Source of the DNA: the human T2T-CHM13v2.0 reference genome, Homo sapiens
DNA: 64,000 nucleotides
Strand: one strand, 5' to 3'
NCBI RefSeq assembly: GCF_009914755.1
Contig: NC_060938.1
Within the stretch, counting starts at the first letter, position 1, and every line of letters begins with the position of its first letter. Of this stretch, positions 26,516 to 44,987 are shown piece by piece. The position numbers were made by a program, and so were the translations under genes. The notes beneath the pieces are model-generated. The model was not told where the DNA came from and did no database searches. It worked only from the letters and a program-made list of their open reading frames with translations.

Positions 26516-29500
26516 CCTTGTCTGTGATATTGTTCCTAATATCCACTGGGGGAGATCGTGATATTACTCCCAATATCGCAGAGGGTGTACAACCCCCCTA
26601 TGATACTGTTCCTAATATACAGGAAGGGAGAAAATGATATTACTCCAAGTATGGCAGGGAGTATACATCGCCCAACCCCCATGATATTGTTCCAAAGAAG
26701 GAGAGGATGATATTACTCGCAATATTGCAGGGGGTGTACAAACCTCGGTGATATCGTTACCAATATCCAAGGGGTAGAGGATGATATTACTCTCAATATC
26801 GCAGTTGGTGTACACACCACTGTAATACAGTTTTCAATATCCAGTGGGGGAGAGGAGGATATTACTCTTAATATCACAGGGGGTGTACACCCTTCCTGTG
26901 ATATTGTTCCTAATATTCAAAGGGGGAGAGGATGATATTACTCCCAATATCGCAAAGGGTGTACACCCCCCTGTGATATTGTTTTTAATATTCAGAAAGG
27001 AGAAGACGGTATTTCTCCCAATATCACAGAGGGTGTACACACTCCCCTGTGATATTCTTTTTCACATCAGGGAAAGGAGAGGGTATGATTTTCAATATCT
27101 CAGGGGTTGTACACAATACTGTGATCTTGTTTTTAATATCCAGAGAGGGAAAGGATAATATTACTCCCAATATCGCAGGAGTGTACACCCCCCGCGCTGT
27201 GATATTGTTCCTAATATTCAGGAAGGGAAAAGATTATAGTACTCCCAATATCACAAGGGGTTTACACCCCCCATCTGATATCGTTCCTACTATCCAAGGG
27301 GGAGAAAATAATATTACTTTCAAAATCGCAGGGGCTGAAAACTCCCCCTGTGATATCCTTTCTAATATCAAGGAGGGGAGAGGATTAGATTACTCCCAAT
27401 ATCGGAGGGGGTGTACACGTTCCCTGTGATATTATTCCTAATATCCAGGTGGGGAGAGGATGATATTACTCCCAATATCGCAGGGGTTGTACACCTTCCT
27501 GTAATATTGTTCCTAATATGAACGGAGGAAGACTATGATAGTAATTTCAATATCGCAGGGGGGGTACACCCCCACTGTGATATTGTTTCTAATATCAAAG
27601 ATGGCAGAGGATGATATTACTCCCAATATCACAGGGGGTGTACACCCCTTCTGTGATATTGTTTCTAATATGCCCGGGGGAGAGAATGATACTACTCACA
27701 ATATCACAGGGAGTGTAGACCCCACTGTGATATTTTCCTAATATCAAAGGGGGAGAAAATAATATTACTTCCAATAGCGCAGCGGGTATACACCCGCCTG
27801 TGATATTGTTCCTAATACCCAGCGAGGAAGAGGATATTACCCCCAATAGCACATGAGGTGTACAACCCCCCTGTGATATTGTTCCTAATATACATGGGGG
27901 GAGACGATGATATTATTCCCAGTGTCGCAGGTGGTATACACCCACCCCTGTGTGATTGCTTTTAATATCGAGGGCAAAATAAGATAAAATTACTCCCAAT
28001 ATCGCAGGGGGTGTACACCCCTTCTGTGATATGGTTCCTAATATCCAGGTGAAGAGAGGATAATATTACTCCCAATATCACAGAGGGAGTACATCCCTCT
28101 GTGTACTCTGGTTCTTAATACCCAGTAGGAGAGATGACAATATCGCTCCCAATATCTCAGGGGATGTACACCACCCCCACATCGTGTGATATGGTTCCTA
28201 ATATTCAGTGGGGAAGAGAAAGTGATATTACTCCCAATATCACAGGGGGTGTTCACATCCTTCTGTGATATTGTTTCTCATCTATGGAAGGTGGAAAGTA
28301 ATATTACTCTCAATATTGCAGGGAATGTACACCCCCCTGTGATATGGTTTCTAATATCTGGAAGGGAGAGAATGATATTACTCCCTATATTGCAGGTGGT
28401 GTACACCCCTCTTGTGATGTGGTTAATATTGTTCAGGAAGGGAGACAATGATATCATTGTCCATATCGCGAGGGGTGTAAACTTGCCCTGTGATATTGTT
28501 CCTAATATCCAGGGGGGCAGAGAGTAATATTACTCCCAATATCATAGGGTGTGTACACACCCCCTGTGATATTATTCTTTATATTCAGGTGGGGAAAAGA
28601 TGATATTACTACCATTATCATAGGTGGGGAAAACAACTCTTTGTAATATTGTCTTTAATATCCATGGAGGGAGAGGGTGATATTACTTTCAATATCGCCA
28701 GAGGTGTACACCATCTGTGTAATATTGTTCCTAATATCCAAGGATGGAGAAAATGACATTACTCCCAATAGCACAGGAGGTGTACACTGCCCCAGTGATA
28801 TTGTTCTTAATATCCAGGGGAGTAGAGGATAATATTATTCCCAATATTGCAGGGTGAGTACACCCCTGTGATATTGTTCCTAATATCCATGGGGTAGAGG
28901 ATGATATTACTTCCAGTATTGCACGTAGTATACACCACCCCTGTGATATTGTTCCTAATATCCAGGAGGGGAGAAAATGGTGTTAGTCTTAATATCGCAG
29001 AAGGTGTAAACCACCCCTTTAATACTCTTCCTTATATCCAGAAAGGGAGAGAACGATATTACTCTCAATATCACAGGGGGTGTGCACACCTTCTGTGATA
29101 CAGTTCCTAATATCCAGGGGGAAAGAGGATGATATTAATTTCAATGTCGCAGAGGTTGTACACATCCCTATAATATTGTCCCTAATGTCCAGTGGGGAAG
29201 AAGATGGTATTACTCCCAATATCACATGGGGTGTACAACCCCCTGTGATATTGTTCCTAATATCCAGGGAGGGAAAGGATATTACACCCAATATCGAGAA
29301 GTTGTATCCAGGAATTGTGTCCCCTGCGATATCATTCCCTGCAATATCATTCCTAATATCCAGGTGGGGAGAGGATGATACTACTCTCAATATCACAGGG
29401 GTTGTACCTTTACCCTGTGACATTGTTCCTAATATCCAAGTAAGAGGAGGCTGATAAGACTCCCAATATCGCAGAGGGAGTACAACCTCCTTGTGATATT

Positions 29501-32500
29501 ATTCCTAACATCCAAGGAGGGGAGAAGATGATGTTACTGTCAATATCACAGGGAGTGTATACCCACCCTGAGATGCTGTTTTTAATATCCAGGGGGTGAA
29601 AGGATATTACTCCCAATAGCATGGGGACTCTATACCTCGCTGTAATATTGTTCCTAATATCCAGGGGGGAGGGGGCGGGGGCGGCGAGAGGATGATATTA
29701 CTCCTCAAATCGCAGGAAGTGTATACGCTCTTTGCACTACTGTTCCTAATATCGGGGGGTGGGGGGAGAGGATGATATCACTCCCAATATCGGAGAAGGT
29801 GTACACCCCCTGTGTGATATTGTTCCTAATATCCAGCAGAGGAGAGGATGATATTACTCCCAATATCGCAAGGGCTGTATACCCTCCTTGTAATATTGTT
29901 CCTAATATCCAGGGCGGAAGACGACAATATTACTCCCAATAGCGCAGGGGGTGTACACCTCCCTGTGATGTTGTTCCTCGTATTTAGGGGAAGAGAGGAT
30001 AACATTGCTTCCAATATCCCAGGGGGTGTACACCCCCCTGTGATATTGTTCTTAATATCCAGTAAAACAAAGGATGATATTACTCCCAATATCACAGGGA
30101 ATGTACACTCACCCTGTGATATTGTTTCCAATATCCAGAGGGCAGAGGATGATATCACTTCCTATATCGCAGGGGGTGTAGAATCCACTTGTGATATTGT
30201 TAATAATATCCAGGTAAGAAGACGATGAGATTACTGTCATATCACAGGGGGTGTATACCAATCCTGTGACATTGCTTCTAATATCCAGTGGAAGAGAGGA
30301 TGATATTTATCCCCAAATTAAAGGAAGTGTACACTCACCCCTATAATATTGTTTGTAATATTCAAGGGGAGAGAGAATGTTGTTAATCCCAATATCTCAG
30401 GGGGTGTACACCCCCATTGTGATATTGTTCTTAATATCCAATGGTGGAGAAGATAATATTACTGTCAATATAGCTGGGGGTGTATAACCCCTCTGTGATA
30501 TTGTTTCTAATATCCAAAAGGGGAGAGGGTGATATTACTCCCAATATCGCAGGAGGTGTACAACCCCTGTGATATTGTTCCTAAAAACCAGTGGGGGAGG
30601 GGATATTACTTTCAAGATCGCAGATGGTGTACACCCTCTTGTGATACTGTTCTAATATCCAAGGGGGAAGACGATGATATTACTGTCAATGCCTCAGTAA
30701 ATGTACATGTCCCCTTTGATATTATTCCTAATATCCAGCCCAGTATCGCAAAGGGTGTACACCCCCTTTATTATATTGTTCCAAATATGCAGGGGGAAAG
30801 AAGATGTTATTTCTCCCAAAATCACAGGGAATGTACAACACCTCTGAGATATTGTTTATAATATCCAGAGGGGGAGAGGATGATATCACTCCCAATATCG
30901 CATGGTGTGTACACTCCCTCATGATATTGTTCCCAATATTCCGGTGGCGGGGAGAGGATGATATTACTTCCAATATTGAAGTGGGTATACACCTTTCCTG
31001 TGATATTGTTCCTAATATCCAGAGGAGAGAAGATGATATTACTCCCAATATCGCAGGGGATGTATAGCCTTCTTGTGATATTGTTCCTAATAACCAGGGT
31101 GGGAGACAACAATATTACTTACAATATCAAAGGGGCTGTACAGCCCCGCTGTGATGTTGTTTCCAATATCCAGGACGTGAGAGGATAATATTAATCCCAA
31201 TATCGCAGCAGGGGTACACGTACCTTGATATTGTTCCTGGTGTCCAGTGGGGAAGAAGATGCTATTGCTCCTAATATCCTAATATCCCCCTTTGATATCG
31301 TTAATAATATCCAGCAGGTAGAGGATATTACTCCCAATATCGCAGTACGTGTACACCCCGTCTGTAATATTTTCTCTGATATTTAGAGGGGGAGAGGATA
31401 TTACACATAATATCGCAGGCAGTGTACACCCTCCCTGTTATATTGTTTCTAATATCCAGAGGAGAGGATGGTATTACTCCCAACATCGCTGGGGGTGTAG
31501 ATTTTCCCTGTGATATTGTTTCTAATATCCAGAAGGAGAGAGAATATTAGTCCCAATATCGCAGGGGGTGTACACATCGCTTTGTGATATTGTTTTTAAT
31601 ATCCAAAAAAGTATGATATTACTCTCAATATTGCAGAGGGTGTACACATCCCCCTGTGATATTCTGCCTAATATCTAGGGAAGGAGAGGATGATATTACT
31701 TGCAATATCGCAGGAGATGTAAACATCCCTGTGTTATTGTTCTTAAAATCCAGAAGAGGAGAAGATAATGTTACTCCCAATATCGCAGGGGGTGTACGCA
31801 TCCCCCTTGTGATATTGTCCCTAATATTTAGGGAGAAGGGGATATTACTCCCAATATCACAGGGGATATACCCACCCCCTGTGATATTATTTATAATATC
31901 CAGGGTGAAGAGAGGATAATAATACTCCCAATATTGCAGGTGGTGTACACTTTCGCAGGGAGAGAGAAAATGATATTATTCCCAATATTGCAGAATGTGC
32001 ACCCCCCCACACTACGATATTGTTCCAAATATCCAGGGAGGGAGAGGATGATATTACTCTCAATATCGCAAGGGGTGTACACCCCGTGTGATATTGCTCC
32101 TAGTATCCAAGTGAGGAGAGGTTGATATTACTCTTAATATTGCAGGGGGTGCACAACCCCCCTTTGATATTGTTCCTAATATCCAGGGGGTGGGAGAGAA
32201 TGATATTACTTCCAATATCACAGAGGGTGTACTACCGTCTGTGATATTGTTTCTAGTTTCCAGGGTTGGAGTGGATGATATTACATTCCATATCGAAGGA
32301 GTTGTACACCCTTCCTGTGATATTGGTCCTAATATCCAGGTGGGGAGAGGATAATATTACTCCCAATATCGCAGGGGCTGTACACCTCCCCTGTGACATT
32401 GTTTCTAAATGCAGATAAGAGAAGATGACATTACTTCTAATATTGTAAGGGGGGTACACTCCCTTTGTGAAATCGTTTCTGATATTTAAAGGGGAGAGGA

Positions 32501-35500
32501 GAACATTTCTTTCAATACCACAGAGGGTATACTCACCCCCTGTGATATTGCTTCTAATATCCAGCTGGGGAGAGGTTGATATTACTCCCAATATTGCAGA
32601 GGGTGTACACCCCTTCTGTGATATTGTTCCTAATATCCACAGTAAGAGAGCATAATATTACTCCCAATATCGCAGGGAATGTACACCCCTCCTGTGATAT
32701 TGTTCCTAATATCAAGGGGGAGAGAAAATGATTATATTCACAATAACACAGCGGATATACACCCTCCTACCGTGACATTGTTCCTAATAACCAGCAAGAG
32801 AGAAGATGATACTACTGCCAATATCGCAAGGGGTGTACACCTTCCCTGTGATATTGTTCCTTATATCCAGAAAATAGAGGGCAATATTACTCCCAATATT
32901 GCACTGGGTGGAAACAACACCTGTGATATTTTTCCAAATATGCAGCGTGGTAGATGATGATATTACTGAAAATATTGCAGGGCGTGTACACACCCCTCTG
33001 TGATATTGTTTCTAATATCCAGTGGGGGAGAGGACGATATTACTCCCAATATCGCAGGGAGGTACACCTCCCGTGTAATACTGTTCTGAATACCTAGGGT
33101 GAGAGAGGATAATGTGACTCCCAATATTGCAGAAGGTGTACACCACCTTTGTGATATTGTTCCTAATATCCAGGGAGGGAGAAGATGATATTACATTAAA
33201 TATTGAAGGAGGTGTACACAGCCCCCGTTGATATTCTTCCTAATATCCAGTGGGAGAGAGGATAATATTACTCCCAATATCGCAGGGGTGTACACACCCC
33301 CTGTGATATTGTTTCTACTATCCAGGGAAGAAGAGGATGATATTACTCCCAATGTGGCAAGAGTTGTACACCCCCACTGTGATATTGTTCTTATAAATCA
33401 AAGGGAGAAAGGATATTACTCTGAATATCACAAAAGCTATACCGCCCGCCCCTGGAATATTGTTTCTAATATCCAGGAGAGGAGAGAATAATATTACCCC
33501 CAATATCGCAGGGGAATGTGCACCTCCGCGCCATATGGGGAGTAATATCACCCCCATCTCGTCCCCAGATATTAAGAGCCACATGAAAGGGGGGTGTCTA
33601 CCTCCCTCCATATCGGGAGTAATATTACCCCCCTCTCGCCCCGTGGATATTATGAGCCATATGACAGAGGTGTGTCCACCTCCTGCCATATCGGGAGTAA
33701 TATCACCCCCCTCGCCCCCTGGATATTACGAGCCATATGACAGGAGGCTTTTTACACAGCTTTTTTTTTTTACAATAATGGGAGTAATATTATCTCCACC
33801 TTTCGAAATTATGAGCAATATCACAGTAAAGTGTACAGCACCTGCGATATTGAGTTTAATAACATCCTCTTTCACTCTCTGGATATTAGAAAAAATATCA
33901 CAGAGGGGGTTTACATCTTCTGCGATATTAGAAAGAATATCAACCATTCTTCTCATGGTTATTAGGAATAGTGTCTTGAGAGGGGGTGCTTTTTCGACGT
34001 TGAGATTAACTTAATCCTCTGTGAACCGAAATAATACAAACAATATCACAGGCGTGTGTACACCCACTGCGATATTGAGAGTTATATTACCATCTCCCCC
34101 CCCTCCGAATATTATGAAATATATCAGAGGGGGTTATACAACCCTTGGGATTTTGGGAGTAATATTATCCTATCTCCCTCTGGATATTAGGAACAATATC
34201 ACAGGGTGGGGGTGCATACCTACTATGATATTGAAAGTAATATCATCTTCTCCCCACCTGAATATCCAAAACAATATTACAGTGGGGTTGTACACTCCCT
34301 GCGTTATTGAGAGTAATATAATCATCTTCCCCCCGGATATTAGGAAAATATCACAGTGGGGGGTGTAAACTCCCTGCTATATTGATAGTAATATTATCGT
34401 CTCCCCGCTTGGATATTAGAAGCAATATTACAAAAGGAGTGTACACTTTCTGAGATCTTGGCAGTAGTATCATTTTTCCCCCACTGGATATTAGGCACAA
34501 TATCACGGGGTGGGGAGTAGACACCGCCTGCAATATTGGGAGTAATATTATCCTCTCCCTTCCTATATGTTAGGAACGATGTCCCAGGAATCGTGTACAC
34601 CCACTGCGATACTTGGAGTAATATCATGCTCTCCCCTCCTAGGTATTAGGAAATGCCAGAAAGGGGTGTACCTCCTCTGCGACATTGAATGTAATATCAT
34701 CCGCTCCTTCCCCTGGATATTAGGAACAATATTACAGGCGGGTGTACACCTCCTGTGATACTGGAAGTAATGTCCTCCCCATCCCTGGATATTAAAAACT
34801 ATATCCTGGGGAAGGGGGTGTACATTTCCTGCTCTATTGGGAGTAATATCATTCTCTCCCTTTCTGGATATTAGGTAATATATCTCGGTTGGGGTAACAA
34901 CCACTGCAATATTGGGAGTAATATCATCATTTCCCCATCTAGATATTAGGAGAAATATCAAAGGGGGGTTGCACACCTCATGCGATATTGGACCTAACAT
35001 TATCCTCTCCCATTCTGGTTATTATGAACAATATCACAGTGATAGTGTACACCCCATGAGATATTGGGAGTACTATCATCCTCTCTTTCTTTGGATAGCA
35101 GGAACAGTATCACAGGGGCATCTTACATCCCATGTGATATTGGGAGTAATATCCTCCTCTCCCCAACCGAATATTAGGAAAAATGTTACTGGGGGGGATA
35201 TACATTCCCTGCGATATTGGGAGTAATATAATCCCATCTTCCCATGGATATTTTGAACAATATACCAAAGAGGGAGTACACCCCCTGCGATATTGGGAGT
35301 AGTATCATCCTCTTTCTCCCTGGATATAAGAAACAATATCACACAAGGGGTGTACACCCCCTGTGATATTTGAAGTTATATCATTCTCTCCCCCACTGGA
35401 TATTAGGGGAAGTGTACACACCCTGGGATATTGGCATTAATATCATCCTCTATTTCCCTGGATATTAGGAACAATTTCCCAGGGGGCGTGTACACTTCCT

Positions 35501-38148
35501 GTGATATTAGGAGTAATATAATCCCCTGTTCCCATGGATATTTGGAACAATACACCAAAGAGGGAGTACACCCCCTGTGATATTGGGAATAGTATACTCC
35601 TCTTTCTCCCTGGATATAAGAAACGATATCACATAACGTGTGTACACCCCCTGCAATATCATCCTCTCCCCCACTGGATATTAGGAACAATATCATAGGG
35701 GAAGTGTACACACCCTAGGATATTGGCAGTGATATCATCGTCTATTTCCCTGGATATTAGGAACAATTTTCCAGGGGGCGTGTACACTTCCTGTGATATT
35801 GGGAGTAACATTATCCTCTTCCCCTGTGGATATTAGGAAAAATATCACAGAGGGTGTGTACACGACCATCGATATTGGGAGTAATATCATCTTTCCACCT
35901 GTATATTATGAACAATATCACTGGAGGTTTTACACCCCATGTGATATTGTCAGAAATATCCTTTTCTTCTCTCTGGATGTGAGAAACAAAATCAGACGGG
36001 GGTGTACATTTTTTGCGATATTGGGAGTAATATCACCCTCTCCTCCCTTAAATATTATAAACTAAACAATATCACAGGGGGGTTGTACATCCCTGCAATA
36101 TTGGGAGTAATATCCTCTTTTCCTTTGAATATTAGAGAACATATAACAGAGGGGGTGTACACATTCTTCGATATTTGGCTTAAGATCATCCTTTTCCCCC
36201 CTAAATATTATGAACAGTATCACGGGGGGAGTACACCCCTGTGATATTGGGAGTAATATCATCCTCTCCTCACTTGGATATTAGGAACAATAACACAGGA
36301 GGGGTGTCACCCCCTGCGATATTGGGACTAATATTCTCTTCTCCCTTCTTCAATATTAGGAATAATATTACAAAGAGGGTGTACGCCTCCTGAGATATTG
36401 GGAGTTATGTCCTTTTCTCCTTTAGTGAATATTAGAAATAATATCACAGGGGCGGGCATACACTCCCTGCTAAATTGGGAGTAATATCATCCTCTCCTCC
36501 CCTGAATAATAAAGACAATATAACATTGGGGTTGTACATGCCCTGCGATATTGGGAGTAATATCATCCTCTCCTTTCTTGAATTTTAGGAATAATATCAC
36601 ACAGGGAGTGTACACCTTCTGCTTTATAAAAAATCGTAGGGGTGTGAACACTCTCTGCGATATTTGGAGTAATATCATGTCTCCCCTCCTGGATATAATG
36701 AAAAATATTACAGGGAAAGTGTACACCCCTAGCTTTAAACTCGCTCTTCTTAAATTTTAGAAAAAATATAAAAGAGTTGCATAAACCTTCTATGATATTG
36801 AAAGTAATATCATCCTCTCTCTTTCTGGATATTAGGAATAATATCACAGAAGGGTGTACACCCTCCTCGATATTGGGATTAATATCATCCTCTCTTTCCC
36901 TGGATATTAATAACAATGTTATGGGGTGGTGTAAATCCCCTGCGATATTGGAAGTAATATCATCCTCTACACCTCTGGATATTAGCAACAATGTCACAGA
37001 AAAGGTGTACACCCCTGGCGACATTGCGAGTAATATCATCCTCTCCGCCCGTGGATATTAGGAACAATATCACAGGGGTGTGTACATCCCCTGAATTATT
37101 GGGAGAAATATCATCCTCTCCCAAACTGGATATTATGAACAAGATCATAGTGGGAGGTGTACATTTTTGCAATATTGGGAGTAATATCATCCTTTTCCAC
37201 CCTGGATATTAGAAACAATATCACATAGGGGGTGAACACCTGCTGAGATATTGGAAGTAATATCATCCTCTCCCTTTCTGAATATTAGGTACAATATCAC
37301 GGGGGGTGTACCCCCCTGCAATATTGAATGTAATGTTATCTCCTTCCTCATGGTTATTAGGAACAATATCACTGTGGGGGCGTACACCCTATGCGATATT
37401 GAAAGTAAATTCTTCCTCTCCCGCATTGGATATTAAGAATAATATCATAGTGGGGGTGTTCACCACCTGCGCTATTGGGAGTAATATCATTCTCTCCCCC
37501 CAGGATATTATGAAAAATATAACGGGGGGTTGTACACACCCTGCAATATTGGGAGTAATATCATCCTCTCCCCCCTTCAATATTAGGAACAATATCACAA
37601 AAAAGGGTTTACATCACTGGCTATACTAAGAGTAATATCATTCTCTCCCCCCCGGATATTACAAACAATATCACAGAAGGGTGTTATCACAGAAGGTTGT
37701 ACACCCCCTGCGATATTGGGAGCAATATCATCCTCTTACCCCCAGGATATTATGAAGAATGTCACAGAAGGTGTACACCTCCTGTGATATTGGGAGTAGT
37801 ATCATCCTTCCTTTCCTGTATATTACGAACAATATCACAAAGGGATGTACACCATCTGCGATATTGAAAGTAATACCATCCTCTCCCCCCCAGGATAATA
37901 CAAACAATATCACAGTGGGGTGTCCACCCTCTGCGATATTAGCAGTAATATCATCCTCTCCCCTTCTGGGTTGAATGAACAGTATCACATAGGAGTGTAC
38001 ACCCTCTGCGATATTGGAAGTAATATCATCCTCTCCCCTCCTGGACAGTAAGAACAATATCACAGTTGGGTGTACACCTCCTATGATATTGGGAGTAATC
38101 TCATCAAATTAAAAATTGCTTTGGGGTCAGGTTTTATGAAGATGATGA

Positions 38149-40993
<2,845 letters not shown>

Positions 40994-42000
40994 TATAAGA
41001 AAAAATAGGGAAAATATTATAACTCATTTTAAGTTCCTACCAGGTCTAAATTATTTCAAATTATGAATTTGCTTGGTCCAGATAAATGGAGTTAAGGGTA
41101 ACTGAAATTTGTTTTTTATTAAATATGGAATAAGAAGAATAAGGAAAATCAAATTTTTGTTGGCATGTTAGATGCTATTATTAAAGGCCTGTTCATTCAT
41201 GCTTACAATGGTACAGCATTTTAAATTATGTAAAGCATGAAACTTTGAACCTAGTCATTTGTTGTATTTCTAAATTCCCACAAGATGGCAGAATTTCAGA
41301 GCATTTTAAAGTACGTGTCTGGATAGGTAGCTAGAATATTTTAAGTCTTGTAACTAGGTTAAGTGCAAATCCTGTTTTCTGATCAGTGATGCAAAAAATG
41401 CTCACACAGAGCAGGGCCCAATTCTTATTTACAGATTCTACTAAACTGAAGGAATGAAACGATATATTGCACAGGATTTACAATACTCCTCAAATAGAGA
41501 AATACTTTCTTGTTTTATAACTCTAATTTGAGGTCATTCATAATAACCTAGGCACTTACTGCTTCATCTGTGCGTTTCCTTTGTTTTATTCATGAGGGTC
41601 AGAGATGAACTGGGATGTAGGCTTTAACAGATGGAAGTGCACGTCTTGGTGTTTCAGAGGTTCCAGCCACATGTCAGTGTGGTTCTACAAGCAGCGAGGA
41701 TCAGCCAGGCCTGTCCATCACCAGGCTTGTGCCTGTAAATATTTAAATGATTATGTTTTACTCTTTCAGGGTTTGATATACTTCAAGTGATACAGGCTTG
41801 TTGTTAGTGTTGGACTCCTCAAGGAAGCAAATTCCTTTGCATTCCCCCTTTATCCCTCCCTTTCTCTCTCTTTTTCCTTCTTCCTATTCTTCTTCCTCCT
41901 TCTACTCTTCTTGTTCTCCTTCTTCTTAATGCTGGTGGGGGTGTTGTAACAGTTAACAAATTTCACCAAAGACAGGTCTCTAAGTACCCATTAATGCTTC

Positions 42001-42334
42001 TATCTTACTTTTTTCAAGCTGATATAAAAAATACCATAGACTGGGTAATTTAAAAACAACAGAAATTTATTTTTCATAGTTCTGGAGGCTGAGAAGTCCA
42101 AAATCAAAGTGCTATCAGATTTGGTGTCTGCTGAAGGCTTACTCTCTGCTTCATAGATGGCTCCTTCTAGCTCTGTCCCCCCATGGTAGAAAGGACAAAT
42201 GAACTCTGTCTGGCTTATTTTATAAGAACACTAATCCCATTCATGAGGGCGGAGCCCTAATCACCTCCCAACATCCCCACCCCCAAAGTTTCACCATATA
42301 TATTTTAGAGAGGCACAAATATTCAGATAATAGC
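42001..42334 (-). mobile_element. MaLR LTR (MSTC/D or MLT1A-like)
   Basis: ATACCATAGACTGGGTAATTT...AGTTCTGGAGGCTGAGAAGTCCAA...CTAATCCCATTCATGAGGGCGGAGCCCT...ATTCAGATAATAGCA. Confidence 0.85.
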
Positions 42335-44000
42335 AACCTCCATAGCCTAAGAAAGAAGAGGGGTTTGTTGGACCCAAATTGAAATAAGTTACACCAAATA
42401 ACCACTGAAGACACAGAGGTTTGAAGTAAACACTATTTCAAACCTGGCTTGAGTATATGTTTTGCTTCCATTTTTCTTACTAGATATGGCTTTTATATTT
42501 TTTAATGTCTTTTATTTCTTTACCTATGGATAGGATCATCTAATGATAAGTGCCATTTCTTTTTGGAAAACACCTTTTAAAATTAGGGTTTAGTTAGACA
42601 ACTAGACAGTTCCTTCATTTAGCAAGTAGGACAGATGTAATTTGGAAGAGCACTTTATCTAAGTGATAATCCTGGTGCTAAGGTTATTGCTCTGCCTGAA
42701 TCCACCTAGAATTTATCCAGTGCTAATGGGAAAGTGTTTATGTTGCAACATGCAAAGCTCATGAGAAGAAAAAAAATACTAAATTACTGATGACAAGCAT
42801 CGCTAAACTAAGGATGAAGGATGTGTAATCTCATAATGTTACAACCATTATAGTATCTGAACTCTGAAAATGATTGCATTGGGTGGTTAGATGGAGGCTC
42901 GTGTTTATAACTGCTATACACATGGAAACAAGTTTATTTTGGGGAGTCCAACTTAAGTTGTTGCACAAACTGTTCCCAAAATGCTATGGGCAACATCAGA
43001 GCAATATTTCTCAAGATTCTGCAAACCAAGCTGTTTTTGACTTCCCAGTGACTACGTGGAAAACATCCACTGCAAAGGGGCACCATGATGCAATAGCACA
43101 TGTCAATTTTGAAATTTTCCTAATTGTTTATTCATAATGCCAGAGACCATCTTGAGAAGGGACACAGGATTCTTCTGCATTCCACTCCCCCACCTCTGAT
43201 GAACAGACTGAATGGCCCCTATCCTATTCCATCTCAGCATATACCCAAAAAAAACTCAAGGTGATCTTGTTTATAAGAAGGAGCTTCAGTAAGAAATGAA
43301 TATCTTCTGGGAAGAAAAGAAAATTACTTCTAAATGTAGATTTCTGTCAGTTGTTTCCAATTTTCATTTTGGAAAAATAGCTAGCAGCATAAAAAATTAA
43401 CAATATTTAAATAATATTTCAGGAATTATATGCTACTCTAATAGTTAAATATACAGATAAAAACATTTAGTAGCAAAGAACTGAGTCCACTGTAGCTAGG
43501 TTAAATACAAAGGAATATATTACTGAATATTAAATATAATATAGAATCTTTGACCTGAAGAAATAGACTCCCAAAGTGTCACACCATAGAAATGGACTAC
43601 AAAGTTACTGCTGCTTCTACCTCAGTTTCTTGTTAAATATGGAAGTTGCTGCAACAGTTACTGGCTGCAGAGAAATATTGCCTCTGCCACAATCCACACC
43701 AGCAAATGGATGTGTTGTGCCTACCTTTCTCCAGTTTAGTTTAGTTCAGAATTCAAGTCCTTGTAGGTAGTCTAATGGAAATAATAAAAACTAAATCATA
43801 ATTTGAACACTAGTTGCAAGAGAGTTGGGCATATTTACCACAGTACAAATTATGGCAGAAAAGATAACTGAAATTTTAGAGTTAATCTTTATCCAGATAA
43901 AACAGCTAATTGATACTTGGACTGCTGAATTATATTCTGTCTCAAGTATTTATACAACATAGTTTTAGGAATTTTCTTGTACTTGTCTTCTCTTAGGTAA

Positions 44001-44003
<3 letters not shown>

Positions 44004-44053
<50 letters not shown>

Positions 44054-44120
44054 CATATGTCATATATATGTGTATGTATATGTGTATATGTGTGTATATA
44101 TATTTTTATATATATATATA
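44004..44120. repeat. (TA)n / (TATG)n microsatellite
   Basis: About 24 perfect TA units followed by mixed TA/TG units. Confidence 0.95.
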
Positions 44121-44639
44121 ATTTGACATGTTAGAATAATGTAGTATGCAGTTCTAGTCCCGATGTATAATAAAAGGCACACAAAGCTTATGAAGAAAAA
44201 GTCACTGAGAAAACCAAGGTAATGGGGGAATTTCAGATAAAATAGTGGAAAATAAGCAATGGCAACTGTAAATCTGAAAAAAAGCATAGGAAAGAATGGC
44301 AAAACTAGGATTTGGATTGAATCTTGAACCAGTGATTTTAAGGTAAATACAAGGAGGCGCTAATGAGCCAAACAAAAATGTGTGATTTCATTCTTACTAT
44401 GTATGCAGCACTGGCTAGACCCTATAGGAATTTTACCAGTAGATAGTGAACTTGAGTACCCTGAGGAACATGAGTATTGTACATGCTTAAATATTTCTTT
44501 AATATTAATAAATTAATAAAAACATAAAATAGAAGTTCAAGACTTGTTATATTTCTTCATGGAAGGTAGATTATCAAAAGAAGTCAGAGGATCAATATCT
44601 CTAAGCCTTTGGTGTAATTCATGGAAAGGAATTGCCATA

Positions 44640-44835
44640 TAATAGAAAGGCTTTGAGTTTAAGGCAGGATTTTAATTCAGTTTTGCCAGTTGCTAGTTGT
44701 GTGATCTTAAGCAAATAATTTCTTGTAGTGTCAGTTTCTTTCTCTGTAAATTGGAGGTTGGAGACAGAGAAAATGAAATGTCCAGCTGTAGTTGTGGTAC
44801 ATAACAGACACAAAAAACTGTGGTTATTTTTATTG
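44640..44835 (+). mobile_element. MIR SINE
   Basis: CTAGTTGTGTGATCTTAAGCAAAT...TCAGTTTCTTTCTCTGTAAATTGG. Confidence 0.65.
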
Positions 44836-44987
44836 CTACTTTGTTAGATAAAAACTGCCAGTGGGGTGGCAATTATCATCTCTTTATCTATATGTGTAAC
44901 CCCTTGTAGCATTCCTCATATCCTTATGTAAGTGGATTACACACAAACTTTATTGATGTCATGCATTCTTCGTATTGCCTTATTGCT

